A stretch of 64,000 nt of DNA. Source: a virus. The DNA is taken from IMG/VR virus record IMGVR_UViG_3300001796_000002, one strand, 5' to 3'. Shown piece by piece: positions 27,036-40,247 of the stretch; position 1 is the stretch's first letter; every line of letters starts with the position of its first letter. The notes under the pieces were generated by a model. The model was not told the origin of the DNA and ran no database searches. It saw nothing but the letters and a program-made list of their open reading frames with translations. Made by a program: the position numbers and the translations under genes.

Positions 27036-27169
27036 GATGAAAATTTCTGTGTGAAGCCCCTGCGAGCTGTACAGATAATCACGGACGGTTAACAATTAGT
27101 CTATGCCGTTCTATTCATAGACTTTCGGAAATCTGAAACCCTTGCGAGACAAGGGTTTCAGCCGTTTCA

Positions 27170-27185
27170 GTGGAGTCGAGGGGAG
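27170..27185 (-). other. Putative attP core (copy 2)
   Basis: Copy of 7710..7725. Confidence 0.65.
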
Positions 27186-27250
27186 AACCACGACCCTGTG
27201 ATTACCAACACCTTGCACATTCTATAGAATGATACAGAGCAAAATTTGTT

Positions 27251-27562
27251 CTACTTACTTTTTTCTGTTTTTAACTGCTGTTTCAGTTTCAATATTTCCT
27301 CCATTCGTTTGTGATCCTTTTCCAGTAATTCATAATACTTTTCTTTAAAGCCATCATCAGTGGAGTTTGTACCGGTACACTGAAAGAAGTCACATATTGT
27401 GCAACCCAATACAACAGCACATTTTTCTAATTTCTTGACGGACATAGTATCGTTCTTAATTGCGGCAAAAAATCCCGTCTCAGTCATATCTATCAATACA
27501 GCTAATTTTTTGAGTGAAACCCTTTTGGAAGCTGCTATTTTCTTGAGTAAAGAATAATCCAT
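27251..27562 (-). CDS. XRE repressor (copy 2)
   Basis: Copy of 7791..8102. Confidence 0.8.
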   Translation of the reverse strand: MDYSLLKKIAASKRVSLKKLAVLIDMTETGFFAAIKNDTMSVKKLEKCAVVLGCTICDFFQCTGTNSTDDGFKEKYYELLEKDHKRMEEILKLKQQLKTEKSK

Positions 27563-29129
27563 AAAAAATAATTGGTGCAATATTTTGTAGTCTGGTGCAA
27601 AATATTATACCTTGTGGTGGAATCAATTTTGTACCCGACCGCAAAAATGCGGTTAACGGAAAAATAAAACTATTAAACTACATGGACAACAAAACACCTA
27701 TCCACCCAAAGTACCGGGTAGCGGAATTACTGCGTAAGAAGTACGGAGAATTGAACACAAGGCAAGGGATTAGCGATCTGACAAAACACTGTAATCTTCG
27801 TAGTGAACGAACGGTGCAAGAATGGATGAAGGCAGAGGCTGGGTCTACATTTGAAATCAGTCATTTCGTGATTAAACAAGTCCTAACATTCTTCGAGTTA
27901 CAAAAGGCAAGCCAACTGATTACTACGCAGCACAAGGAACTGTTAAAGCGTGATGAAAAAACCATTATATGAGTGTTACATCACCCATGCCATTATACCG
28001 ACTCAGGCAGTTGATATATGGTAAGTATGGCGAAGAAAAGTTTGCATTGGGATGTGAAATAACAGCCCGATGGATAGCTTTTGAAACACGCAAACCTTGC
28101 ACGATGGAAGATGTACAGTTTTGGTGTAATGTGCTTACAGAAGAAATGACTACCGATAATAGCCTACCCATCACCATACCGCAAATGAAAGCCATCATGC
28201 AACTTTTCGGTGTAACAAACGAAATGGAAATTTTCAATAACTATTCAATTGAAATTTTATGAGCTATTCAATTCAGTATTACGATAATGTTTTAAAGGAA
28301 ACTAGAACTGTATGGTTTGCGGAGAAAACAAACCTAGTTGACGTTTCTTCCATATGCGAGTGCATGTCTTCATCTGTCTTTATGTATACAGAAATAACAC
28401 TCTTAGAAATTGACCACAACAATCAACAAAAAATAGTTCATAAATACAATTAACCTACCATGAATACAAAAATTCAACATCAGGATGAACTTGCCATCGA
28501 GGCAATGAGTGACGAACTTCGATCACTTATCTATTATGGACTTTGCGCTCTCAGGGTCGATCTTGACCGTACAGAAATATCAGCTTCACTATACAGCATT
28601 GATTCTAATGTAAAATGCTTTCGTAACAACGTGAAGGTTGCAACTGATAATCACATCGAATACATGAAGAGCCTATCTGAACGAATTAAGCAACCTCTTT
28701 CACTTGTTAACTCATTTGCAGAAAGAAGTTAATGCACTATCAAGCCGAAAAATATAATTCTGAATTGCTTAACCTGCAATCGCTTATTAACGATTGGCGA
28801 AGTGATGCAGATGCCTATGAATTAAAAATAGAGCAAGCTGCTAAAGAAGGTAAGCCCGTTGCAGGTATGGAAACCTATCACACTAAGCAGCTACAGAAAA
28901 TTAATCGAATAGAATCATTTGCAAGTGCAGCACATACATTCATATCCGCAATGCAGTCACATATTAACCTGATGAAGGTTAACAGCCTGGAACATCAATA
29001 TAATACCAAATTATCAACCAACCGTACCCGAATATGTGACCTTCCGGACGGTCCAAATACCATGCACCTAGAGGTCATGGAAACCCTCACGGAAATTCTT
29101 TATAGAATGGACAAAAAAACTATCTACTA

Positions 29130-30368
29130 ATGGCTAAAGAAAAAGTTGAAATAAAAACTCCCTTCAAACAAATGATGGATTGGCTTTTTAGTCAATATGA
29201 CTTCAAGCGTGATCTATTAAAAAATGCTGTTCATTTCAAGCCCACCGGTGATAAAGAATTTAAAGAGTTAACTGATGATGATATCAATACGATATCCATC
29301 ACAATGGAACTGAAAGGATTGAAAAAATTTGCTGAGAAAGACATTTGCCGCGCTATATATAGCAGCTTTAATCCTGGTAACTATGATCCGCTAAAAACAT
29401 ACTTCAATCGAATTTCAAAGAAAAATCCCAAAGGTGCCATTGATAAGCTAGCCGCTACGATTAAGACCACAAATACCGAATTGTGGAATAAGTACCTAAA
29501 AAAATGGTTAGTCGCATGTGTTGCTAATTACATGGAAATAAAGGGGTGTCAAAATCACACTTGCCTTGTCCTTACCGGTGGACAGGGTAAGGGTAAAACA
29601 ACCTGGTTAAATGGTATATGCCCTCCTGAACTAAACCCTGCATACATCTACACCGGTCGCCTCGATCTGAGCAAGCAATCAGATACAAATTTCAAACTAG
29701 CGGACTACTGGTTTATCAATATTGAGGAACAAATGAAAAACCTTAATAGGCAAGATGCGAACGCTGTAAAGGCACTTATAACCCTTTCTGATATCAAAGG
29801 TCGTAAGCCTTACGGTCGTATAGAAGTTTCAGCCAGAAGACTTGCAAATTTTATGGGTAGTACCAATGATGATGATTTTATTACTGATGAAACCGGAAGC
29901 CGCCGTTTTCTTCCTTTCAAAGTAACAGATATCAACTTACCTGGCTTTAAAAAAATTGATATAGATGAAGTATGGTCGGAAGCCTTTCGATTATACGAAA
30001 GTGGTTTTGTTTACTGGATCACTCAGGATGATCAGATTGAATTGGAAGCAAATAACAAGGAATACATTAACCATACTCAGGAACATGAATATGTGAATAT
30101 TTATTGCTCAGTTCCAAAGGATGAAACTGATGCAACTCATGTTGTACCTGCAAGTGTGCTGCGTGATTTTATACAATTTGAAACAACCAATAAGAACCTA
30201 CGTGATAGAAACATTGGTGTAGCACTTTCACAGATAGGATTTAAACAGGTTACACACCGTTTCCACTGGATCACCTACCCAATGAAAGCATGGTTAATAA
30301 AACTCAATGAACCTACAGGCAATGCGAGCCTGAATAAATATTTAATTGAACCACAACAAAAATCCTAA
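29130..30368 (+). CDS. VapE-family helicase (copy 2)
   Basis: Copy of 9670..10908. Confidence 0.9.
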   Translation: MAKEKVEIKTPFKQMMDWLFSQYDFKRDLLKNAVHFKPTGDKEFKELTDDDINTISITMELKGLKKFAEKDICRAIYSSFNPGNYDPLKTYFNRISKKNPKGAIDKLAATIKTTNTELWNKYLKKWLVACVANYMEIKGCQNHTCLVLTGGQGKGKTTWLNGICPPELNPAYIYTGRLDLSKQSDTNFKLADYWFINIEEQMKNLNRQDANAVKALITLSDIKGRKPYGRIEVSARRLANFMGSTNDDDFITDETGSRRFLPFKVTDINLPGFKKIDIDEVWSEAFRLYESGFVYWITQDDQIELEANNKEYINHTQEHEYVNIYCSVPKDETDATHVVPASVLRDFIQFETTNKNLRDRNIGVALSQIGFKQVTHRFHWITYPMKAWLIKLNEPTGNASLNKYLIEPQQKS

Positions 30369-30776
30369 TCATGAACAAAAAATTGAATCCCACACCACCA
30401 ATTAGTCCCATTGCTTTGGAAATCGAAAATGAACTTTCAAGACTGATTACGAAAGCGAATAACAACGACATTACACTCATTGCCTGTATCTCTATCTCTG
30501 ATCCTGATAACAAGGGTTATCAATTTAACCATGCAAAGTTTACGGGCGAATCCGAAGAGGTATTAAACAGCATAAATTATCTAATGCAAGAAATTCTTAT
30601 TGATATAGCAAAAGCTGAAAATAACTACTCTCAAAATTAACCAACCAATGAAACCAAAGCAAACACTAAGAAGTAGAATCACAACCCTACTACGAAACTT
30701 GACTACTAAGAAGAAAAAGCCAAAAAGTAGGGAAACAATTATTTCAATCAGACGATAACAATAAAAATCAAAAAAT

Positions 30777-31208
30777 ATGTTGTTAGGATTTAAAAACCAA
30801 TTTGTCACCCCGATACTTCAAGACACAAAGTTGCATACAATTCGTGACGATATTCACAATAGATGGCAACCAGGTAAGACGATACAAATGTGTACAGGAT
30901 TGAGAACAAAAGACCTGAATATTTTTAATACCAAGACTTGTATTTCGACACAATCCATCATCATTAACGCGAAGAAACGAACAGTTGATATAATCGTACC
31001 ATTTAGAATTAGAGAAGAAAGAGTTGAGTTGTCTGATGGAAATATTTATTGGTTAGCAATTAACGATGGCTTTACCAATGAAGGAGAATTCTGGAGTTGG
31101 TTTTACTTAGACCTCAAAGATAAACCAGGTTTAGAGGGCAAAAAGAAACTGATCCATTGGACACATCTAACCTACCCAATTGAAGGTATTTCAGATTTAC
31201 CATTTTAA
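30777..31208 (+). CDS. ASCH-like protein (copy 2)
   Basis: Copy of 11317..11748. Confidence 0.7.
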   Translation: MLLGFKNQFVTPILQDTKLHTIRDDIHNRWQPGKTIQMCTGLRTKDLNIFNTKTCISTQSIIINAKKRTVDIIVPFRIREERVELSDGNIYWLAINDGFTNEGEFWSWFYLDLKDKPGLEGKKKLIHWTHLTYPIEGISDLPF

Positions 31209-31210
31209 CT

Positions 31211-31525
31211 ATGCCAATCAACTACAAGGAATATCATCCAAAGTGGACACTTATCAGAAGATTAATTCTGCAACGTGCAGACAATTGTTGTGAAGGTTCT
31301 CCAAAATTTCATTTGTGCAGAGCTGCGAATAATCAACCGCATCCTGAAACCGGAAGTAAAGTGATACTGACTATTGCACACTTGAATCATGATAAGAATG
31401 ATAACAGGTTTTCTAACCTCAAAGCATTGTGCCAACGATGCCATTTACATCATGATATAGGGAATCACATATTCAATCGAAAGTATGGTCGGGATACCAA
31501 GAGATTAAACGGAAAATTATTTTAA
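31211..31525 (+). CDS. HNH endonuclease (copy 2)
   Basis: Copy of 11751..12065. Confidence 0.85.
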   Translation: MPINYKEYHPKWTLIRRLILQRADNCCEGSPKFHLCRAANNQPHPETGSKVILTIAHLNHDKNDNRFSNLKALCQRCHLHHDIGNHIFNRKYGRDTKRLNGKLF

Positions 31526-32240
31526 TGAAGAAACCCTATAAAACATATAATGGAGGGAAAAACGGATCAGGAGTATATCAGCAAATAATTAACCAGATTC
31601 CACAGCACAAGATATTCATAAGTGGCTTTTGCGGCAATTGTGGTGTCCTGGCTCATAAGCTGCCGGCTTCCATGGCCAACATCGCAATCGATCTTGATAA
31701 TGCAGTAACTCAAAAATGGTCGATAATTCCAGGAATATCTTCCATTAATGCAGATTGTATCAGCTTTATTTCAAATTGCCTACAATTCATACAAATTGCT
31801 TCCCCCAACCTAATTGATGAAATTGTTATTTACCTCGATCCTCCTTACCTACAGGAAACCAGAAAAGGAAATAAAGCCTTATATAAACATGAAATGAATG
31901 ATATCGCATCTCACAAAATATGCTGCTCGATATTATGTGTTGGCCTGTTAAAGTCATACTAAGCCATTATCCTTGTGATTTATACAATACCTTACTTAAG
32001 GATTGGAGAATTCATGATTTTGAAGCTATGACCAGAAACGGAAAAAGAACAGAAAGGCTTTACATGAACTATCCTGAACCTGATCAGCTACATGACTACA
32101 GGTACTTAGGAAAAGATTTTCGTGAAAGAGAACTATACAAAAAGATGCGTTCTAATGTGGTTAATAAGTTCAAGCGAATGAATATCCTGGAAAGAAACAT
32201 GATTCTCGAATCATTAAAAGAGAGCTGGCATCATAAGTAA
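31525..32240 (+). pseudogene. Frameshifted adenine methyltransferase (copy 2)
   Basis: Copy of 12065..12780. Confidence 0.75.
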
Positions 32241-32349
32241 GCATGATACAGGCTTACAGCAAAAATAAATGCGATACAGCCGGCTGTATCGCAAAATAAT
32301 ATGTTAGCTGCAGACACCACATAAATAAATGATGGCACCAGGTTGTACA

Positions 32350-32703
32350 TTATTCCTTTTTGGGATCATTAAACTTAATCAGTGTACCCGTTCTGCCATC
32401 TTCTGTGATGATAGCATCGTACTCTAATTTTCCTTTCTTTTGTTTCCTGTTGGCATTACTGATTAAAGCATCAATCATTTGATATAGGTCTTTATTATCA
32501 TCCTTTCCATTGAGTGCATTCAACCAGGAACCAAGGTCATCTTTAGTAACCTTACCGGTGACAGTGTATTCACGAACCGGTTCAGATAGAATGTAAATTT
32601 CAATGCCCTGACGCTTATACACTTTTGCAAGACCCTTGTTATCATTTTGCCCGAATAAAGTAACTGATAGCAATAAAGCTATGCAGGTAATGATCTGTTT
32701 CAT
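32350..32703 (-). CDS. Secreted moron-like protein (copy 2)
   Basis: Copy of 12890..13243. Confidence 0.7.
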   Translation of the reverse strand: MKQIITCIALLLSVTLFGQNDNKGLAKVYKRQGIEIYILSEPVREYTVTGKVTKDDLGSWLNALNGKDDNKDLYQMIDALISNANRKQKKGKLEYDAIITEDGRTGTLIKFNDPKKE

Positions 32704-34472
32704 ACTATACACTTTGATGGTTAATGATGGTGTGGTCGTGGGGGTCAACCTTTACTCTTATTATATAAATATATTATTTTCTATAGAATTAATTACTACA
32801 GTTACTACAAAGTGTCTCAAATCCTTTATTCACGCTACTTTCATTTGTAGTAGGTGAAATTTTAGTGAATCTACTACAAGTTACTACACCTACTATAATT
32901 TCTGTAGTAGGAAAAACAGCCTGTAGTACCTGAAATTTTACCACCTACTACACTTCAAACGCAATCCCATAAAGGATTTCAGAGGATGTAGTAGGTGAAG
33001 TAGGTGAAAATGACAAAAAAACTTTTTCAAAAACATTTTTTCACTGATTTTAACTACAAAATATTGCACCATAAGGTGTAATATTGTTGAGTTAAACAGC
33101 GAAAACATGGACAATCCCACTGAATCAAATATCACTACCGGTAGTGCTTCAGACCTTCAACCTGAAAGCCAAAACCCTGAACCTACAGTTCAGGATTCGA
33201 TTATAACCACTGAACCTGAAAGTGGTGGATTTGCAAAGCCTGATCCTGAAAAAAATGGGCAAAGCATTGTTGTCACAAAACCCTCAGTTGTTCCACCGGT
33301 TGAAGTAAAACCAATTTCAAAAGTTGAGCGAACTGGAAGTAAAAGATTAACCATCACGGTTAACTTTTCACTGGATGAAGTTCCTTACATCAATGAAATT
33401 ATTCAGGCTCGTATTGACAGTAAACTATCAAAAAATGCAAGCCACTTCATCAGGCAATGTGTAGACTTTGCAATTCACCATAAGGCAGGTACAAAAATCG
33501 CTATACCGGAAATTACACCTGTTGAAATCAAAGACGGATTTTATCACCCCTCAAAATAAATTATGAAACTGGAAGTACACAGCTTGCCGAATGGATCGTG
33601 TTCAGTGAACATGACACCGGAAGAAATGAAAACACTGCTAGAAAATCATCAGGTCATGTTGAAAGACTTGAAGATGATAAAGGAAAATGTAATGAAGGTG
33701 TCTGTTAATCTTGACCTTGTTGATGAAAACGGTGTATTCAGGGAAAAAATATCTATGATCAAACTTATGCCTAAAATAATGGGCTATATCACGAACACAG
33801 ATAAGGCATTACTGGATTTCGGTTTTCTTCGTGAATTACTGCCATTGCTTCAACGATATCAAAACCTTTAAACATGAGTGAGCCAAGAGTAAGCGATAGC
33901 ATTAGTAAACTTCTTATTGACGTTACAGTGCCAACAGAAGAAAAACAACCTCAGGTCATTGTTGCACCTGAAACTATTGTTGTGCCACCTGAAAATGCAA
34001 ATACTGCATCCAATTCATCACCTGAAACTAATACACTTGTTCAGCAGCCTCAAACTGTGAAACCTCCTGTTACAGATGAAATGGTTGAAAACGGCGCGGA
34101 ACTGGTTATAGGTATGTTTGATTTCAGTCAAAACAACTTGTTTAAGTTTTTTGTCAATAGGAAAAAGAACAATCGTATGGAAGCCTTGTTGGGTGAAAAC
34201 CACAAGGATAAGTTGGAAACATTGATCAGTAATGTTGAAAGTGGAAAGAAAGCAGAGGAATTTAAACCGGAAGATTTGAGTGCTTTGCGATTGGAAAAAG
34301 ATGTACAGACATTGCTGAAAGACCTGCCTTTGAGTGATCAGGAAAAAGAGTCATTAAAAAAACCACTGATGGCTATCATGAAAGCCAAAGGCGGTGTTAT
34401 TCCGCCGGAATATTTACTCATACTTGCCATACTTCAAATAGCCGGTGGACGCACTGCTGAAACTGTTATGTT

Positions 34473-35027
34473 ATGACCAAAAGACTGAATAAATGTTTTC
34501 TGTTTATCGGTCGACGTGGTACCGGTAAAACAACTCTTGCGCGAAAGATGGCAAAGGCAATGGGTAGAAAGCTGATCATCATTGATACGGATGATCATCC
34601 GTCTTATTTAGATATTCCTGTGATCAGCCTTGAAAGACTAAAAACATTCACCGGTGAAGCGTGCCGCGTGATCGAAAGTGATATTGATCATGTATTCGTA
34701 ATCTTGAATCAGTACCAAAGTAATGCAGTGGTGATCTGTGAAGATGCCAGTAAGTATATTACAGCCAACATCTCAAAAGCTGTTCGATCATTTTTGATCG
34801 ACATGAGAAAAAGAAATTTTGATGTGATTATCATGTTTCACTTTTTATCTGATGTGCCGCCATACATCTGCAAGCAATATGATCAGATGGTTCTATTCAA
34901 GACTGGTGATAATATCCAGGTAACACAAAACAAGTTTGCAAACTGGCATACCATCGTTACTAAGTTGAAGCGTATCCTTAAACACAAAGATTTTAACTAC
35001 TGTGAGACTATTGCAATTGATGAGTGA
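34473..35027 (+). CDS. Packaging ATPase (copy 2)
   Basis: Copy of 15013..15567. Confidence 0.8.
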   Translation: MTKRLNKCFLFIGRRGTGKTTLARKMAKAMGRKLIIIDTDDHPSYLDIPVISLERLKTFTGEACRVIESDIDHVFVILNQYQSNAVVICEDASKYITANISKAVRSFLIDMRKRNFDVIIMFHFLSDVPPYICKQYDQMVLFKTGDNIQVTQNKFANWHTIVTKLKRILKHKDFNYCETIAIDE

Positions 35028-35636
35028 TCGACAGCACATACAACCAAATACACTTGGTGCCATAGCTAAACGCTATGGAATGGACACTCGTACACTGAAA
35101 GGAATGATAAGGTTACATCCTGAATTATTACTAAAAGTTCAACCTTATTTTGACGCAAAAAAAAATCTGTTACCACCGATCATTGTTGAACTGATTTATA
35201 CAACACTTGGAACACCTGAGTAGGTGTTTTAATTTTTCGCGTTACCAATCCCCCAATCATGCAGCCCTGTTTAAGGGCTGCTTTTTTTTGCATTGTTATG
35301 TACCTGTAAACATTCTGAAACATAATACAGCAAAGGGATACATAATGATGAGCATGAATGAAACATAACAATCATTTTCACACTGCATAATCATTCAATC
35401 ACTAAAAATTTTTAACCATGTTTGTTTCAAACTCCACCAAAGGTTCAGGGTTCATGAATGCCGGGATTCTTTTGCTGTTGGTTTTTGTAGCTGTACTGAT
35501 CGCTCTGATGATCGTTAAGCTGAAAAAAGACCCGAAAGATGCAGAGGCGCAACGCTTCACCCTGGGATTGAAAAAGAAATCAGCATAAGCCCATCCCATC
35601 AGTAAACCTCATTAACCTAACAAAAAAATTTTCGAC

Positions 35637-36287
35637 ATGGAACCAAGACCATACACAGGGAAAGGTGATGCCTTTCTCGATTTCAAAGGAAACGGTGTAG
35701 ACTTTGGCAGTGAGTTGAACCTCGACAAAGTTTTCGCGTTCACCATTACCAACGCATCAGCAAACCCACAGGTTGTATTGCTGAACCCATCTTATTCACC
35801 CTCTGTTGTTGCCAGGGTAATTAAAACAGGTGCTATTCCTTATGCGGGCGGCGCAACTGATTTGACTGCTTTGGGATCACCTACAAGTATTGAAGAATTT
35901 TTGGCGTTCATCAAAGCAAACCCTACAGTGGTAGTAAAAACAATGATTAAGAGTAATAACTCTGATCAGTTGGCGAAAGCATTGATTTTCGCAAAAAAAT
36001 CTCCTTTCAAACTGCCTGATAGTGATCGTATCAATCTGTCATCATTCCTGAGTGAGTTCGCGTCCAATGATAAATTGGCGACTGTAAAGCGTGAATATCA
36101 GTTGGATGATCAAACAGAACTTTCACTCGAGATTCCACCGGCTGTAGGTGCGGTTGCAACTGTAACCACAATCACATTCTATTGCGGCGCATCTCTGAAC
36201 ACGGCAAATGCTTTGGCTCAGAAGAAAGCACAGGCAATGTTGAATCCGGAAGTACAGACAACAAAAAGTGTAATCGCTGGACGATAG
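35637..36287 (+). CDS. Candidate major capsid protein (copy 2)
   Basis: Copy of 16177..16827. Confidence 0.55.
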   Translation: MEPRPYTGKGDAFLDFKGNGVDFGSELNLDKVFAFTITNASANPQVVLLNPSYSPSVVARVIKTGAIPYAGGATDLTALGSPTSIEEFLAFIKANPTVVVKTMIKSNNSDQLAKALIFAKKSPFKLPDSDRINLSSFLSEFASNDKLATVKREYQLDDQTELSLEIPPAVGAVATVTTITFYCGASLNTANALAQKKAQAMLNPEVQTTKSVIAGR

Positions 36288-36573
36288 TCCAAACAATTCA
36301 TAATTAAAAGGGCAATGCCATCAGTGCCATTGCCCTTTTTTTTAAAACTGATCCAATGGCCAACGAAGCTGTAGAGGTTGGCATAGAAAAGATGATGTTT
36401 TTTTTCGGCACTGTCATCACTTTTCTGTTATCTATCATCACTTTTTTTCTCATTCGATTCATCAATAACAGTGATGCTCAAATGAAGGAACTAAGAGACA
36501 TGACATCCGACCACGAAACAAGAATTACAGTGCTAGAAAAAGAATAATTATTCACTCCAAAAAATCAAAAACG

Positions 36574-37248
36574 ATGAAACGTTTTTTCAGAAAAATATTA
36601 GCCTTTTTGGCTTCATTGTTTACCAACGTAAATGAATGGATTTACGATCATGTTCAGCCATCCATTGAAATGGTTCAACGTCTCAAAAAAGCAGTTGAAA
36701 GTCCGTACGCAAACCTGATCACAACACTCATTCCAGGCAACTGGGATAATATGTTACAGGAAGCTGCAATTAAGCTGTTGACAAAAGCTGTAGACAATCT
36801 GCGTATTACAGAAGACATCTATTTTGATGGTGACTGGACTAGCAAACTTGCAAAGCTCACAGAGTATCTACGTAATTCATCTAAACCGATGAGAGGGGCA
36901 ATATACCACCAACTAGCAGTTGAACTTTCCAAACAAAGTGCATTCGCAAAAAAGTTACAGGAAGCTGAAGAAAAAGGCATTCCTGTTGAAGAAGTAAAGT
37001 TGGATGTAAAGGGACATAGCATTAGTCTGCTCACGCAAATGCAATACAGCAAGTTGAAGGAAAAAGTTGAGGCGGCAGACCTTCCCGAAGTGGATCCATT
37101 TTTAGAGGCAAAAATCAACAATGGTGTTGATCAGTACAACAAGACTTATGAGCGATACAAGCAGTTGTATCCGGATCATGATCCAACACAGGTTCACACC
37201 CTTGAAGAATTAAACCAACTGATTCAGGACGCGGAAGCGAAAGCCTGA
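36574..37248 (+). CDS. Hypothetical helical protein (copy 2)
   Basis: Copy of 17114..17788. Confidence 0.65.
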   Translation: MKRFFRKILAFLASLFTNVNEWIYDHVQPSIEMVQRLKKAVESPYANLITTLIPGNWDNMLQEAAIKLLTKAVDNLRITEDIYFDGDWTSKLAKLTEYLRNSSKPMRGAIYHQLAVELSKQSAFAKKLQEAEEKGIPVEEVKLDVKGHSISLLTQMQYSKLKEKVEAADLPEVDPFLEAKINNGVDQYNKTYERYKQLYPDHDPTQVHTLEELNQLIQDAEAKA

Positions 37249-38208
37249 TCCTATCAGTTGAATTGTCTCACACAAAACAGTTTTTATGTTACCAGTAGAA
37301 TTACAACTTGAGCGCACTCAGGACGTATACGGCAACGATAACGGTGACGGCTATTATCTTGGCGAAAACGGAGACGGTACAGGATCACCTTATTATACTA
37401 TTGATTTTTCAGGTTACGGCAATGAAGGAACAGTTGTAAAAACTGTGAATACAGAAGCGCAGAGTACACCTGAAATTGTTCAGGCTACCGATTCCGAAAA
37501 AAAGAAATGGTATGATGTACTTGAACAGATTGGTGGAACCGCCGCGGGTTTGATCACTGCGATTAAATCTCCTGGAATGCCAGGTACTACAAGCCCCAAC
37601 ATCAATGGTTCGGTAGACATCACCGGTGATAACAAGTACACACCTTCTGTTGATGATAAGAAGAAAAATAATACAGTATGGGTCATCCTTGTGATCATTC
37701 TGATTGCTGTATTGCTATACTTCGCATTCAAAAAAGATAAATAACGCAGTCATGGCGAATATTCTTAAAGATACGCTTACACCAGGCAAGGGAAACAAAA
37801 CGGTGAAAACCATCATCGTGATAGCTATTGTAATTGTGGTAATAGTCATTATCTACCAGATTTACAAAGCTATCACAGATAGTGGTAAGGCTTTGGGTGA
37901 TATCATCGGAATGGAAATCATTGAACAAAAAACCGGTATTGTTCCTGCTCGTCAACGTGTATGTAAAGAAGTTGCAGAAAACTGCGAGAGTGCTATCACC
38001 CGTCTTTGGATTTTCGGTAACAAGTTATGGGTGAATGATGATGAAATCGTAGACCAGTTGAACAAATTATTGACACCGGCTGAAGCTGCATTGACATCAG
38101 TTTTCTTCAAAGAACAATCAGGAGAAACTTTGAAGTCCATCGTAGAGGGTGGCTATTTCGTAGAAAAAAACCGTAAACGAATTACCCTTCGTCAATACCT
38201 GGCATAAT

Positions 38209-38703
38209 ATGAGTCAAAAGAAACTGATCATCATCCTTGTAGTTGTAATCGTGATAGCTGTGATTACATGGTTTGTGTATAAGCATTACCAAAAACAGTT
38301 GCATAAGAAATTTCCGATTCGCAAAGGTAGTAAAGGGAAAGGTGTACAGTTCGTTCAGCTAACATTTGACGCACCATTAACCGGTGTATGGGATGATACG
38401 TTTAACGACCACGTGAAAAATCAAACCGGTAACGATTCACTTGAGTGGTCAAAAAAGGATCTGTTTGATTACTGGTTTAAAACAGCACTAACATCTGAAA
38501 CATTTCCACTGGTGCCGGGTCAATCTAGTGGATGGATTATAGCAGTACAGGTGATGCTTGGAGCAAATAAGTTTACTGATTACTACGATCAGGATACGGT
38601 AACTCTGGTAAAAAAAGCCATCGGAAAGGATACAATATCCCTGATGGATTATCTCACAATCGGCGAAGATGTTTTTGGCATTGATGCAGCCGATTACAAA
38701 TAA
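38209..38703 (+). CDS. Membrane protein with PG-binding-like repeats (copy 2)
   Basis: Copy of 18749..19243. Confidence 0.6.
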   Translation: MSQKKLIIILVVVIVIAVITWFVYKHYQKQLHKKFPIRKGSKGKGVQFVQLTFDAPLTGVWDDTFNDHVKNQTGNDSLEWSKKDLFDYWFKTALTSETFPLVPGQSSGWIIAVQVMLGANKFTDYYDQDTVTLVKKAIGKDTISLMDYLTIGEDVFGIDAADYK

Positions 38704-38901
38704 AAGTTATGGCAACCTTTTTTGATCAATTATTTAATCAGGGTAAGTTACCCGATATCAATGTTGAGGTTCAACTTGACAATGCAAGTGTTGTACGGCT
38801 TGGCGTTATGATCATGATTGTAATGCTGCTCACTATTCTGCTGTATGTGGTGATCCGCAAAAAGGCAGGTGTATAAATCTATTCACCTAAAAATTTATTT
38901 C

Positions 38902-39531
38902 ATGGCTATTTTTGCATTACCTACAGCCGCAGCTTTAACAAACGCAGCCACAAAAGCCGGTACGGATATATTCAATTCCATCTTATCAAAAAATGGAGTA
39001 TCTCCATCTTTTTTTTCTACGTTCAAATTGTTGTCTTTTTTAGATAACAGTACATCACAGTGGAAAAGTAGACTTGCGAAACTTCGTGAGTTTACACCTG
39101 AAGGACGCATTTTATTCTACATTGATAAGATGCAGAATAACCAACCGTTTCATGGTTCCTGTGTTCAATATGCAGAACTGTTCGGCACTTCGTATGACGG
39201 TAAATCCGGTTTGGATGATCGAGGTAAGGTATCGGTTGAACTATTAGAAGTGTTTAACCTACTTGCAGACGAAAAATATTTTCGTGGCAAAGAAACTGCT
39301 ACGGATGGTCATACTTATCAGCGTGCTAGAATTTTGAATCGCTTGGACATTGCTCCTGACTATGCTGCTGTTGTGCAAAAGAGACAAGCAGCATCGAGGT
39401 CTAACCTGGAAATTGCCAAAATAACCCCGGAAGGTGTTCCCGATAGCAATAGCAACATGATCTATATTCTTGTCGCCCTGGTTGTTATAGGTATCATCGC
39501 TTTTATTGTTTCAAAATCAAAAAAGGCATAA
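38902..39531 (+). CDS. C-terminally anchored membrane protein (next copy)
   Basis: Copy of 19442..20071. Confidence 0.75.
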   Translation: MAIFALPTAAALTNAATKAGTDIFNSILSKNGVSPSFFSTFKLLSFLDNSTSQWKSRLAKLREFTPEGRILFYIDKMQNNQPFHGSCVQYAELFGTSYDGKSGLDDRGKVSVELLEVFNLLADEKYFRGKETATDGHTYQRARILNRLDIAPDYAAVVQKRQAASRSNLEIAKITPEGVPDSNSNMIYILVALVVIGIIAFIVSKSKKA

Positions 39532-39532
39532 G

Positions 39533-40165
39533 ATGAATTTGATTAAAGGACTTGCAACGCTTACTGATCTGCTGCGCAATGAATACATTAGTTTGTTCAA
39601 CAGAGCGCAAGTAAAGCCTACGAGTATTTCAAAGGTAGAAACGGCTTACAGACAACTTGTATCCAATAAAGCACGCTATGAAGCTGTTGCCAATGCTTTT
39701 AAACTGCCTGGTGTACCCTGGTATCTTATTGGTTGTATTCATATGCGTGAATCTTCATTTCGTTTTACCGGTCATCTTCACAATGGTGATCCGCTTACAG
39801 CGAAGACAAAAAATGTTCCATCAGGTAGACCATTGAACAGTCCTAAAGCAGGTATTGGTAAGCCATATACCTGGGAAGAATCTGCAATTGATGCTATTAG
39901 TTTAAAGTTATCCGGATCACCTTCATGGTACAATTATAAAAATGATAAAAGCACCGCAAGCCTGTTGAATAAATTAGAGGCTTTCAACGGTGCCGGTTAT
40001 CGTAATAAAAATATTCCTTCCCCTTATCTGTGGGCAGATAGTACCATTCAAGTGCCTGGAAAGTTTGTAGCAGATGGACAATTTAATCCGTCTGTAGTTG
40101 ATCAGCAGTTAGGAGCCGGTACGCTACTTAAATACTTCCTAGAACAGGAAGCAAAAAAAAAATAG
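39533..40165 (+). CDS. Lysozyme-family hydrolase (copy 3)
   Basis: Copy of 613..1245. Confidence 0.8.
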   Translation: MNLIKGLATLTDLLRNEYISLFNRAQVKPTSISKVETAYRQLVSNKARYEAVANAFKLPGVPWYLIGCIHMRESSFRFTGHLHNGDPLTAKTKNVPSGRPLNSPKAGIGKPYTWEESAIDAISLKLSGSPSWYNYKNDKSTASLLNKLEAFNGAGYRNKNIPSPYLWADSTIQVPGKFVADGQFNPSVVDQQLGAGTLLKYFLEQEAKKK

Positions 40166-40247
40166 CAGCCCCGTGGCTTGGCTTCTTAATTATGGCTATG
40201 CTGTTTCTGATCGTGTTTCTTTTTTTATCACGGGTCAATAAAAAGTA

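Larger units (their letters stand above)
19461..38920. mobile_element. Phage genome unit, copy 2
   Basis: Same ORF set at +19460. Confidence 0.85.
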